Assembly (NCBI GenBank): GCA_028826165.1
Contig: JAPDFW010000077.1
Span: 1-64,000 of the forward strand
Source: Anaeramoeba ignava BMAN
Taxonomy: Eukaryota; Protista; Anaeramoebae
Direction of reading: 5' to 3'
Length of the DNA: 64,000 nucleotides
The notes below the pieces were generated by a model. The model was given only the letters and a program-made list of their open reading frames with translations, was not told the DNA's origin and searched no databases. A program made the position numbers and the translations under genes. The first letter of the stretch is position 1, and each line of letters starts with the position of its first letter. This document shows, in pieces, positions 1 through 12,295 of this stretch.

Positions 1-338
1 AAGATTTATCAAAATTATATCAACAAAATGAAACAAAAGATTTTAGAATTTTTTCAAATGAAAAAGAAATCAAAGTTCATAAATTAATATTAATTTTAAG
101 AAGTGAATTATATAAAGGAATGTTTTTAAGTGTTAATGATTCATCAAATCAAGTTCATGATTATTCAGGAAAATCATTTGAAACAATTCATCAATTAATT
201 TATTTTCTTTATTATGATGAATTTGATAAAACCAAACAATTTAACTTTCAATTATTTGCAGAATTCAAAGATTTAAAAGATTATTATCAATTAAATCAAA
301 ATTCGAGAATTGATTTAATTTTAAAAGATTTCATTTAA
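1..338 (+). CDS. 3' end of a BTB-domain protein (paralog of the adjacent ankyrin-BTB gene), truncated by the window edge
   Basis: Frame reads DLSKLYQQNETKDF...EIKVHKLILILRSELYKGMFLSVNDSSNQVHDYSGK...YYQLNQNSRIDLILKDFI*. The DNA is near-identical to 3217-3552. Confidence 0.9.
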   Translation, partial: DLSKLYQQNETKDFRIFSNEKEIKVHKLILILRSELYKGMFLSVNDSSNQVHDYSGKSFETIHQLIYFLYYDEFDKTKQFNFQLFAEFKDLKDYYQLNQNSRIDLILKDFI

Positions 339-472
339 AAACTAAAATTAAAATAAAAATTCAGAAAAATATTTTTTTTATCCACTTTTTTTTTATCCAC
401 TTTTTTTAATTTTTTTTTTCATTTTTTTCCTTTTTTTCCTTTTTTTTTCATTTTTTTTTTAATTTTAATAAA

Positions 473-3400
473 ATGGAACAAAATAATTCAAAAGATTTAT
501 TTGAAGCTTGTAAACAAAATTCAATTAAAGATGTTCAATTTTTAATTTCAAAAAAAAATGTCAACACAACAAATCAAAAAAAAGAAACTCCTTTACATTT
601 AATTTGTCAAAATAAAAATATAAATGAAAATTCAATTGAAATTATTAACTTACTTGTTTCAAAAGGAGCAGATATTAATGCCAAAACAAGTTATCAAGAA
701 ACTCCTTTGCATTTTATTTGTCAAAGTCCAAATCAAAATGAATATTCAATTGGAATTGTCAAATTTCTTGTTTCAAATGGAGCTTATTCCAATTCAAAAA
801 ATAAAAATAATGAAACTCCATTACATTTAATTTGTAAAAATCAAAATCAAAGTCAATATTCGCTTGAAATTATTAAATATCTTGTTTCAAATGGAGGAGA
901 TGTAAATGCAAAAACAACAGAAAAAGAAGAAACACCTTTGCATTTTATTTGTCAAAGTCTGAGTCAAAATCAAAATTCAATTGAAATTATCAAATTTCTT
1001 ATTTCAAAAGGAGCAGATATCAATGCCAAAAACAAGGATTATGAAGAAACACCATTACATTTAATTTTTAAAAATCCAAATCCAAACATAAGTTCATTCG
1101 AAATTGCTAAAATTCTTATTTCAAAAGGAGCAAATAAAAATATAAAAAATAAATATGAAGAAACTCCTTTATATTTAATTTGTAAAAATCCAAATCAAAA
1201 TCAACATTCATTTGAAATTATTCAATATCTTGTTTCAAATGGAGCAGATATCAATATCAAAGCAGGATATGATCAAGCACCATTACATTTAATTTGTAAA
1301 AATAGAAATCAAAATCAATATTCATTTGAAATTATTAAATATCTTATTTCAAATGGAGCAGATATTAATGCCCAAAACATTCTAAGTTCCACACCTTTGC
1401 ATTTAATTTGTAAAAATCGAAATCCAAACCAATATTCAATTCAAATTATTAAATATCTTGTTTCAAATGGAGCTTATTCCAATTCAAAAAATAAAAATAA
1501 TGAAACTCCATTACATTTAATTTGTAAAAATCAAAATCAAAGTCAATATTCGCTTGAAATTATTAAATGTCTTGTTTCAAATGGAGGAGATGTAAATGCA
1601 AAAACAACAGAAAAAGAAGAAACACCTTTGCATTTTATTTGTCAAAGTCTGAGTCAAAATCAAAATTCAATTGAAATTATCAAATTTCTTATTTCAAAAG
1701 GAGCAGATATCAATGCCAAAAACAAAGATTATGAAGAAACACCATTACATTTAATTTTTAAAAATCCAAATCCAAACATAAGTTCATTCGAAATTGCTAA
1801 AATTCTTATTTCAAAAGGAGCAAATAAAAATATAAAAAATAAATATGAAGAAACTCCTTTATATTTAATTTGTAAAAATCCAAATAAAAATCAACATTCA
1901 TTTGAAATTATTAAATATCTTGTTTCAAATGGAGCAGATATCAATATCAAAGCAGGATATGATCAAGCACCATTACATTTAATTTGTCAAAATCCAAATC
2001 CAAATCAAAAATTATTTGAAATTATTAAAATTCTTATTTCAAAAGGAGCAGATATTAATATCAAAACAAAAAATTATCAAGAAACTCCTTTACATTTAAT
2101 TTGTCAAAATCCAAATCCAAATCTATATTCATTTGAAATTATTAAATATCTTGTTTCAAATGGAGCAGATATTAATGCTAAAACAGCAAATTATAATGAA
2201 ACATCATTACATTTAATTTGTAAAAATTCAAATCCAAATCAATATTCAATTCAAATTATTCAATTTATTGCTTCAAATGGAGCAGATATTAATATCAAAT
2301 CAAGATACTTCGATGAAAATCCATTACATTTAATTTGTAAAAACCCAAATCCAAATCAACAATCATTCGAAATTGTTAAAATTCTTGTTTCAAAAGGATT
2401 AGATATCAATGCAGAAAATAAAGATCAAGAAACTCCTTTACATTTAATTTGCAAAAATCCAAATCCAAATCCAAATCTAAACCACAATAAAAATCTAAAT
2501 CTAAATAAAAATCAATATCCATTTGAAATTATTAAAATTCTTATTTCAAATGGAGCAGATATCAATACTAAAAATAAATATAATCAAACTCCTCTTTCAT
2601 TGGCAATTCAAAATGAAAACACAAAATTAATTCAATTGTTATTAATGAATGATGCAAATCTTTTTTATTTAGATCTAAATTCAATTAAAAAAGAAATTAT
2701 TGAAATGATGATTCCAATTTATTCAATTAATCAAGATTTAAATAATTTATTCAAATCAAATGAAGATAATTTATCAGATTTTGAAATTCAATCAAATGAT
2801 TCAATTAAATTTAAAGTTCATAAATTAATTTTATTAACAAGATTTGATAATAATAAAACAAATTTACAAAAATTTATTAATATTTGTAAAAGAAAACCAA
2901 AAGAAGAAGTTGAAATTGCTTTAAATTTCATTTATACTGGTTTTCCTGATTTTGATTTGTTTCTTCAAGATATTGATGATAGAATTACTAAAAAAAAACA
3001 TAGTAAGATGAATTTATATGATGATTTTTGTTTCTCAGTAGTTCATCGAGTTCAGATGATTTTAATATTCAACCATATCGATATTTAGATTTACAGATAA
3101 ATGAAAATGAATTTGAAATTGAAAATAAAGAAAATAAATCAAAAGAATTTTTCCAAGAAATTGGATTTGATTCAAAATGGATTGAATCAAAAAAAGGAAG
3201 AAAAGGAATATTAAAAGATTTATCAAAATTATATCAACAAAATGAAACAAAAGATTTTACAATTATTTCAGAAGAAAAAGAAATTAAAGTTCATAAATTA
3301 ATATTAATATTAAGAAGTGAATTATATAAAGGAATGTTTTTAAGTGTTAATGATTCATCAAATCAAGTTCATGATTATTCAGGAAAATCATTTGAAACAA

Positions 3401-3552
3401 TTCATCAATTAATTTATTTTCTTTATCATGATAAATTTGATAAAACCAAAAAAATTAATTTTAAAATAATTGAAGAATTTGAAGATTTAAAAGATTATTA
3501 TCAATTAAATCAAAATTCAATAATTGATTTAATTTTAAAAGATTTCATTTAA
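473..3552 (+). CDS. Ankyrin-repeat (about 18 long repeats) plus tandem BTB protein; one frameshift near 3025
   Basis: Repeated ETPLHLIC...LISKGADIN motifs. BTB1 is SDFEIQ...FKVHKLILLTR and BTB2 is KDFTI...IKVHKLILILRSE. ORFs 473-3088 and 3028-3552 join across a T-run. Confidence 0.88.
767..1986 (+). repeat. Internal near-identical duplication in the ankyrin array (period 690 bp = 230 aa)
   Basis: About 767-1296 recurs at about 1457-1986 with only a few substitutions (LVSNGAYSNSK...YDQAPLHLIC twice). Confidence 0.9.
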
Positions 3553-3667
3553 AAAACAAAAATTCTTTTTCAATTAAATTTTAATTTGATTTTTTTTTTT
3601 TGGAATTTGATTTTGAGAAAAAGTGAAAAAAAAAAAAAAGAAATCATTTCAATAAAAGAGAAAGAAA

Positions 3668-6600
3668 TCATTTTAAAAAAGGAAAAAGATTATCCAAATC
3701 AATTTTTTTAAAAATATGTAAAGAAGTAGCAAATCTGAAAATTTCATCAACATCAGTTTCATTATCAATAACATTAAAATCCATTCCATCATCTTGATAA
3801 ACAGCAACAAAATCATTGAATTTATTATCTTTTGAGAAACCTATTTTATCATTAGCATATTCAATAATGTGATCTACATGTGTAATTGGGATTGTTTTTG
3901 TGTCCAATCTCACACCAATTTTACTTCTTGGTTTTTCTAATTCGTGATTTGTGTGAAATGTTACTTTTAAATAGTCTTGAACTTTATATTTTGAGTCTCT
4001 GTGAGGTATTGCTCCTGCATTGTGTTGATGTGAATCTGTTTTTTTGTTTCCACTTTTGTCACTTTCGATTGAAGATGGAGGTTGTATTATATCAGTAACA
4101 ACTTTATAATTTTTATCCGATTTTAATTTTAATTGAATTTTATAAATGAATTTTAATTTTAATTTTAAATTTAATTTTTAATTTTAATTTTAATTTTAAT
4201 TTTAATTTTAATTTTAATTTTAATTTTAATTTTAATTTTAAAAATGAATTTTAATTTTTATCCGATTTTAATTTTAATTTTAATTTTAATTTTAAATTGA
4301 ATTTTAATTTTAATTGAATTTTAATTTAATTTTTATTTTAATTTTAATTTAATTTCAAAATGAATTTTAATTTTAAATTGAATTTTAATTTTAATTTTAA
4401 TTTTAATTGAATTTTAATTTAATTTTAATTTTAATTTTAATTTTAATTTTATAAATGAATTTTAATTTTCAAAATGAATTTTAATTTTAATTTTAATTTT
4501 ATAAATGAATTTCAAAATGAATTTTTATCCGATTTTAATTTCAATTTTAATTTTAATTTTAATTTTTAATTTTAATTTTAATTTTAATTTTAATTTTAAT
4601 TTTAATTTTTATCCGATTTTAATTTTAATTTTAATTTTAATTTTAATTTAATTTTATAAATGAATTTTAATTTTATAAATGAATTTTAATTTCAAAATGA
4701 ATTTTAATTTTAATTGAATTTTATAAATGAATTTTAAAATGAATTTGAATTTTAATTTTAATTTAATTTCAAAATGAATTTTAAAATGAATTTGAATTTT
4801 AATTTTAATTTAATTTCAAAATGAATTTTAATTTAAATTGAATTGTATAATAAAATACCATTCAAAATAGTTCCCTTTTTTTTTAAACCATGAGTAGCAT
4901 ATCTATCACTAGCTTCCTTCAACATTTTTCTAATTTTATTATTTTTAGCCAATTGAAGAGGAGATTGACCTTTATTATTAATCATATTAAGATAGCAACC
5001 ATTCTGAGCAAGAATAGCAGCAGTTCTTTCATGACCGTTTTTAAGACTTAAATGTAAAGCAGTATTTCCATCTTTATCTTGAAGGTTGACATCAGCTCCA
5101 TTTTCCGAGAACAAAGAAACAAGTTGATCAAAGCCTCTTTCGGAGGCGATGTGCAGAGGAACTTTGCCATCCTTTCTGAGACAATTGATGTACCCGCCGT
5201 TTCTTAAAAGTAAAAGGGTGCCTTCAAGATTTCCCTTTTCGCAAGCAATGTGGATCGGAGAATTTCCATCCGATGTCGCATTCGCAATATTGACTGTTGC
5301 GCCAAAGGAAATGAGTATCTCCACCATACGGTTGTTTTGCAGATAATTCGCCACATGCAATGGCATATTTCCCTTCATATCTGGAACATTTACATTTGCT
5401 TTATTTTTGAGAAGAAACGTCAGAATGTCGACCGCATTTCGAACAACACAGGTGTGCACAGGATAGTCTCCCGACACATTCTGCGTGTCGATCTTGCATC
5501 TTCCCTTCTCGACAAGAAGCTTGACAATTTCGAACTTTGTGTTTGTTTCTTCCTTTAATTGGTTTTCTTTGTGATCCAAAATTTCCGGCTGGTTTTGGTT
5601 TGTGATCTCGTTTTTGGAATCGTCATCTTTGAGTAAAATACCGCGATGAAGCGGGGTCAATCCCTTCAAGTTCTGGATATCGCAGTTGCATTTGTTTTCA
5701 ATAAGCATTTGGACGAGATGGATGTTCTGCTGAGTTATTGCGAGATGCAACGGGGTTTCGCCGTTTTCGTCTTGGATGTTTGGATTGGCACCATTTTCCA
5801 TAAGTAATTTTGACAGTGGGACGTTATTCTGTTCGATAGAAAGATGCAACGCAGATTGTTTCTTGAAGTTCTGTATGTTCACATCTGCGCCTGAGGCGAT
5901 GAGTTTGGATACAACCTCGGAATTTTGTGCGGAAATTGCAAGCATTAAAACAGTTCTTCCATTGACATCTTGTAAATCAAGTGGAATTGACTGGGAAATC
6001 AAAAAATCAATTGCGTCAAGATCGCTGTTGAAAAACGCGAAGTGAAGAGCAGAGTATTTGGATTCAAAGTCTTGGCAGTCAATCTTGCAACTCTTGGAAA
6101 TGAGTTTCTGTGCAAAACCTAATTTTCTTTTTTTGATTGATTCGAGAAAACTTGAAATTCCTTTGAAATCAGTCACATTGATATCGATGTCCTTTTGTTC
6201 CAAAAGGAACTCGAAGATCTTGAGGTTTCCCTCGCGGACGGCAAGGAGCAATGCGGTGGATCCGTCGGAATCCTGTGCGTTGATGTTGCAGCCGTATAAA
6301 CTTTTTGAATCAAGATTAAATCGATCCAAATTTTGTTTCATTTCGTTGATGCTTTCTATCATGTTCTGAGCCATCTTTATATTCTTCCTGCACGCAGCAT
6401 GGATCGGTGTTTTTCCTCGATCGCGCATTTTCATGCAGTCTTGGGGGTTATTGAGTATGATAAACTTGACAAATTCAAAGTTATTTTGTTCAACTGCACG
6501 GAAAATGTTCAGAATTTCGAAGAATTCTAGCGTCGCCACGGCTTGATTAACCTGTGGGTTCACAAGCAACTCATTCATGAAACAGTCGTTGAAGATGTTC

Positions 6601-9600
6601 CCCAGTCTCCGCAATGCAGTTGTTGTTGTGGTTGTTTTTTTTTGCTGCTGCTCTTTTTTCTGCTTTCGGATTCGCTCTTTTTTTCCTTTTTTTTCTTTCG
6701 TGTCATGTTCTTGTATTTTTGCACTGAGTTCCGAAAAATCGATTGAAGGTTTTGTTGGATCAATAGTTTCTCTTCGGTTTGCAATGAGCGATCCAAGATG
6801 GAAATTCTTTGGGAAAGTGGGCAAAATAAGATTTGGTAAAAACTTTCTCAACATTTCATTCCAATCAATAAAATCAACTATTTTTTTGGGAATTGTCCAT
6901 TTTTCTTTGAAGCAGTTGATCTCAATGAAGTATTCCTTGTTGCGGTCATCCACTTGCGATTTTTCTGCGTCTTCCTTATTCTCGCCAATGTAATTAATTG
7001 AGTAAAGATATTTCAATGATTTATTCACTTGTTGCACTTTGATTGTTTTGTGGATGATCACTCTTGATTGCATAAGTGTTATGAGACGCATCCATTCATT
7101 CATTTCGTGCTCGTTCGGTGCTGTTAAATGTGATCTTTCGTTATCGTATATGATATCAAATGTTATGTTGATTTGTGCGCCCAAATCTTCTTCTGTTTCT
7201 TTTGCTTCCTTGCTTACCGTCTGCTTTTCAATCAATGTTCGTTCAATTTTGATAAGTGGGATTGGGTATGATTGCTGTGGGATTGTTTCCTTCAGAACTT
7301 CTTCGATCGTGTCTTCTTTGTTCTTTACATTGAAATAGTGTACAAATCGGGATGTAAGAATGAAGTATTTGAGTTTTTTTCTTCCAAATCCATGTGCTTT
7401 TTTGAATAAGAATCCTTGTTTTATTGGTGGAGAAACGAATGATACTTTTTTTTTTGAAATGATTTTAATAAATAATTTTAATAATTTTAATAAATAATTT
7501 TATAATTTTAATAAATAATTTTAATAAATAATTTTAATAAATAATTTTAATAATTTTAATAATTTTAATAAATAATTTTAATAATTTTAATAAATAATTT
7601 TATAATTTTATAATTTTAATAATTTTAATAAATAATTTTAATAATTTTAATAATTTTAATAAATAATTTTAATAATTAATTTTAATAATTAATTTTATTA
7701 AATAATTTTATTAAATAATTTTATTAATTAATTTTAATAATTAATTTTAATAATTTTAATAATTTTAATAATTTTAATAAATATTTTTAATAAATAATTT
7801 TAATAAATAAATTTATAATTTTAATAAATAATTTTAATAAATAAATTTATAATTTTAATAAATAATTTTAATAAATAATTTTAATAAATAATTTTATTAA
7901 ATAATTTTATAATTTTAATAAATAATTTTAATAAATAATTTTAATAAATAATTTTAATAAATAATTTTATATATAATTTTAATAAATAATTTTATATATA
8001 ATTTTAATAATTAATTTTAATAATTAATTTTATAATAATAATAATAATCTACTTTTTCCAGAAATTTTATAAGGATCAATTCCTCCTGTTTCTAATTCAT
8101 TTTTTGTATTAAAAAAATAAACTCCTAAATCTTGTTTTATTAAATCAATAATTCCTCCTTGAATTTTTTCATTTCTCATTCCTGCTAAAGAATCTAAATC
8201 CTTAATTTTTCTTGAATATTCCATTATTTTATCTTCAGGAATTGAATCTAAAACTTGTTCAAAAGATTCAACAAGTAAATCAATACTTGTTATTCCTTTA
8301 ACTCCAATTAATTTAGCTAATTTTGGCTTTTTAAACCCATTTTTTAATTTATTTTTTTTTGTATTTTGTTTTAATTCCTTGGTTTTTTTAAATATTATAT
8401 TTAATTATTTTAATTACAACAAGAAGATTTAAATATCCATCTATTTTTTCATTAATTATATCCTTCATTTGTTCTAAAAATACATTAATTTCACTTTCTT
8501 CACTTTCCATTTCCTAATATTAATTTTAATTTTAATTTTAATTTTAATTTGAATTTTGATTTTTAATTTTAATTTTAATTTTAATTTTAATTTTAATTTT
8601 AATTTTAATTTTAATTTTAATTTTAATTTTAATTTTAATTTTAATTTTAATTTTGATTTTTATTTTAATTTTAATTTTAATTTTAATTTTAATTTTAATT
8701 TTAATTTTAATTTTAATTTTAATTTTAATTTTATTTTTAATTTTAATTTTAATTTTAATTTTAATTTTAATTTTAATTTTAATTTTAATTTTAATTTTGA
8801 TTTTAATTTTAATTTAAATTATAATTTTAATTTGAATTATTAAATCCTACATCTTTTAATTTTTGTAAAATTGCTAAATTATCATTTGCAATTTCAAGAC
8901 TTCCTTGTGTATCAGAAACAAATCCTACAAAAAATAAAAATTTATAATTAAAATTTTATAATTAAAATTTTATAATTAAAATTTCTTTTACCTTTCAATT
9001 CAAGAAATTTTGCATTTCCTTCAACAATAATATCCATAATTTGTTTATTAATTTCTGTAAAAGGAATCTCTTGTATTGGTAAATTATCACATTTTAAAAA
9101 GAATTTTTCCATTCCCTAAAAAAAATAATTATTTATTCAAAAATTCGTTTATAAATTTGTTTCTTAAAATTTAATCAAATTTACTTTAATTGTTGGTTTG
9201 TTTAAATTCTTAAAAATAAATTCATAATCTTCATATCTATCTCCCCATTTTTTAATCACATCAATTATTGGTGTTTCCATATTTAAATCAACAGGATCTA
9301 AAAATTATTAATTTTAATTTTAATTTTAATTTTAATTTTAATTTTAATTTTAATTTTAATTTTAATTTTAATTTTAAATTTAAATTTTAATTTTAATTTA
9401 AATTTTAATTTTAAATTTTAATTTTAATTTTAATTTTAATTTTAATTTTAATTTTAATTTTAATTTTAATTTTTATTTTGATTTTAATTTTAATTTTAAT
9501 TTTTAATTTTAATTATAATTTTAATTTTGATTTTAATTTTATAAATGAATTTAAATTTAAATTTTAATTTAAATTTTAATTTTAATTTAAATTTTAATTT

Positions 9601-10345
9601 TAAATTTTAATTTTAATTTTGATTTTAATTTTAATTATGATTTTAATTATAATTTTAATTTTAATTTTATAAATGAATTTAAATTTTAATTTTAATTTTA
9701 TAAATGAATTTTAATTTTATTTTTAATTTTTTACTTTCTTTTCCAAATTTTTCTTGTAAAGATGTTAAATTTATATCAATAATTTTTTCTTTGGCAACAA
9801 TTAATTCAACTATTTTTTTAACAGGAGTTGATTCTCTTATAGAAAATAAATGAGGTATAGCTGCACCTCTTGATCTTACTTTAACAATAATCTTTTTAAA
9901 ATTTTTTAATTTAATTTTTTATTTAAATTTAATTTTTTTAAATTTTTTACTTGATCTTTTGTTCCGGATTTAAAAAATAAAGTTGATTTACAATCTTTAA
10001 TACTTTTGGATCCTAAAGATTTTCCTAATAAAAGTGGCTTTTCATCATCTGAATAAAAACGTTCTTTTTTTTAAATTTTTTTTAATTTAATTTTTTTTAA
10101 ATTTTTATTTTTAAATTTTTTTTAATTAAATTTTTTATTTTAATTTTTTTTAATTTACCAAAAGCATTCGCAACAACATAAAGAGAACAATTAGAAGGAT
10201 CTTGAATTTCAGGAACTTTTGTTGAAACTGATTTTACAATTTGAGCTGCATTTGAATCAAAATTATCTGCTAAAGTTTTATATGTTTTTTTATTTGTATA
10301 AACTCTATATAAAACTTTTTTCATTGAAACTGAACGATTTGTCAT
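3668..10345 (-). CDS. 10-exon multidomain signalling scaffold: RA/ubiquitin-like x2, helical region, PH, PX-like, about 15 ankyrin repeats, PB1
   Basis: Exons 10345-10159, 10063-9951, 9891-9735, 9297-9185, 9115-8992, 8924-8851, 8513-8418, 8377-8053, 7444-4859 and 4101-3668. All introns are GT-AG and phase-compatible. RA-like ERFYSDDEKPL; PH IKQGFLFKK...EMNEWMRLI; PX-like KWTIPKKIVDF...FLPNLILPTFPK; PB1-like YLKVTF...YQDDGMDFNVIDNETDV. Confidence 0.82.
4102..4858 (-). repeat. Intron 9 filled with (TAAAAT)n microsatellite
   Basis: Bounded by GTATTT...TAAAG; the + strand reads (attttta/aatttt)n with interspersed aatgaa and atccga variants. Confidence 0.85.
7445..8052 (-). repeat. Intron 8 filled with 9-13 bp pure-AT repeat (aataaataatttt)
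   Basis: Bounded by GTAGAT...AAAAAG; repeat units visible directly. Confidence 0.85.
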
Positions 10346-10490
10346 TTAAAAAAGAATTTAAAAAAGAATTTAAAAAAGAATTTAAAAAAGAATTTAAAAA
10401 AGAATTTAAAAATGGAAAAATGAAATGAAAAATGAAAAAAGCAAAAAAATATTTTTTTCATTTTTTTTCTTTTTAAATTTTTTTTTTAAA
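10346..10490. promoter_or_regulatory. Compact bidirectional promoter region with 5x 12-bp repeat (TTTAAAAAAGAA)
   Basis: 145 bp between divergent ATGs at 10345 (-) and 10491 (+). TTTCATTTT-like elements face each gene. Confidence 0.55.
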
Positions 10491-12193
10491 ATGCAAAATG
10501 ATGTTTGGTTTTGGGGAAGAAATGCTGGTTTTCCACTTGAAAAACCAAATGAATAACAATCAACCAATTCCTTTTCAATCAGATTTTGTTTTTGATTCAC
10601 AAATTAAACAAATTTGTTCAGGAAATTCAGGCACTTTAATATTAACAAGCGAAGGAAAAGTAATTTCAATTTCAACAAGTCATTACAAAAAAGAACTTGA
10701 AGTTAAAAATGCAATTAAAATCTCAATTGGATTCACTTTTGGTGTTATTCTCACTGAAAATTCAGAGGTTTATTGTGTCAATCCCGAAAACGAAAAAAAT
10801 CACAAAAATTGGCTAGTTCAAGTTTCCCAAAAAGGTGAAATTGGAAAAATTGTTGATCTTGTTTGTGGATTAAGTCAATATTATTTACTTAATGAGAAAG
10901 GAGATGTTTTTCATTTAAGAATGACATCAAGTTATGACAAAAAAGAATTTATTGATAAAAATAGTGTGTTTGCGAGTAATGTCAGGAAAATATTTGCAGG
11001 GAATTATGCGTATGGAATGTTTTATGTAACCAAATCAAATGAGCTTTTTGTTTATGGGTCAGAAAGATCCGGGAATTTTGGGATCATTCCAAGTTCCAAA
11101 TCTGGAAATTCGATCCAAAAAGTGGAGCCAATTCCCAGCGGCGAAATAGAAAATGTTGTTATGGGATTCGAGCATTCTGTGATGCTTGTCAGAGAAAATG
11201 GAATAGGACAACTTTATTCTTGTGGGTCCCATGATTATAACGGATTGGGACTGAATCAAGACACTTATATTTTCACACGCATTGATTTTTTCGCAGATGA
11301 AAATGTTCTTTGTTTTGATGTCGGTTGTTTCCACACTTTGATAATAACCGAAAGCGGGAAATTATTTTCTTATGGAATAAATACAAGCGGACAACTTGGA
11401 AAAGAGGTTGGAATCAAAGGAACTCCAATTCCTGTCGAGATCCAGATTCCCTGGCTTATCAAACAACTTGCAAAATTACATTGTTTGCACTGGCGCGTTT
11501 AACTCTTTCATATATTACTCAACAAGATCCAATCTCGCCAGTGATTTGATCGATTTTTTTGAAAATCAAGAAGGATGCGATCTTCATTTTAATTCAATCA
11601 ATGGAAAAATTTCCTGTCATCAAATAATCATTGATTTCAGAATTGGTCGTGAAAACACAAATAAATTACACTCTTTAATCAGAAAATCTTCTCTTTTAGA
11701 TGCAAAGAAAATTATGCATTTTATTTACGGTGCAATCCCTTTTTCAAATGAAGAGCATTTCCAGGAAATTTCACAGATGAGAAAATTTCCTTCTAAAAAT
11801 CATCAATCAATTTTCTATGAAGATTTATTGAGAATGTTTCAAGATGAAAAAAGCAAAGATTTCACAATCAATGTTCAAAACCACCCAATAAAAGTTCATA
11901 AAGTTATTCTGTGGGCAAGAACACAAGTTTTTCGAGGAATGTTTCTTCATGTTCATGACGAAACAAATCAAGTTACTGATTACAGTGAAATTTCTCTTCT
12001 TGCTTTTAATTTTCTTTTGTATTATTTGTACAACGACCGAATTGATCCTGAAAATGCTCATTTAATTAATAATTCAATTCTTGAGGAGTTAACAAAAGCA
12101 ATGGATTTTTTTCAATTAAATGAAGCTGAACCAAATTTAGTTACAAAAGTGAAGAAAATTTTAGACACAAACAAGAAAGCAAAACGAAAATAA
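10491..12193 (+). CDS. RCC1-like beta-propeller plus tandem BTB protein; frameshifts near 10552 and 11450
   Basis: Start MQNDVWFWGRN aligns with MNDCLFFGSN of the paralogs. RCC1 motifs include VGCFHTLIITESGKLFSYGINTSGQLG; BTB motif IKVHKVILWARTQVFRGMF. Confidence 0.8.
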
Positions 12194-12295
12194 AACAAAA
12201 TCAAAAATAAAACCAAATAATTTGGAATATTTCTTTTTTATTTGAATTTTCAAATTGAAAAAGCAATTTTTTTTGTTTTTATTTTTATATAAAAA

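Noticed and set aside
5149-7338. Several 65-138-aa plus-strand ORFs
   Set aside because: Antisense shadows of the GC-richer exon 9; no recognisable motifs.
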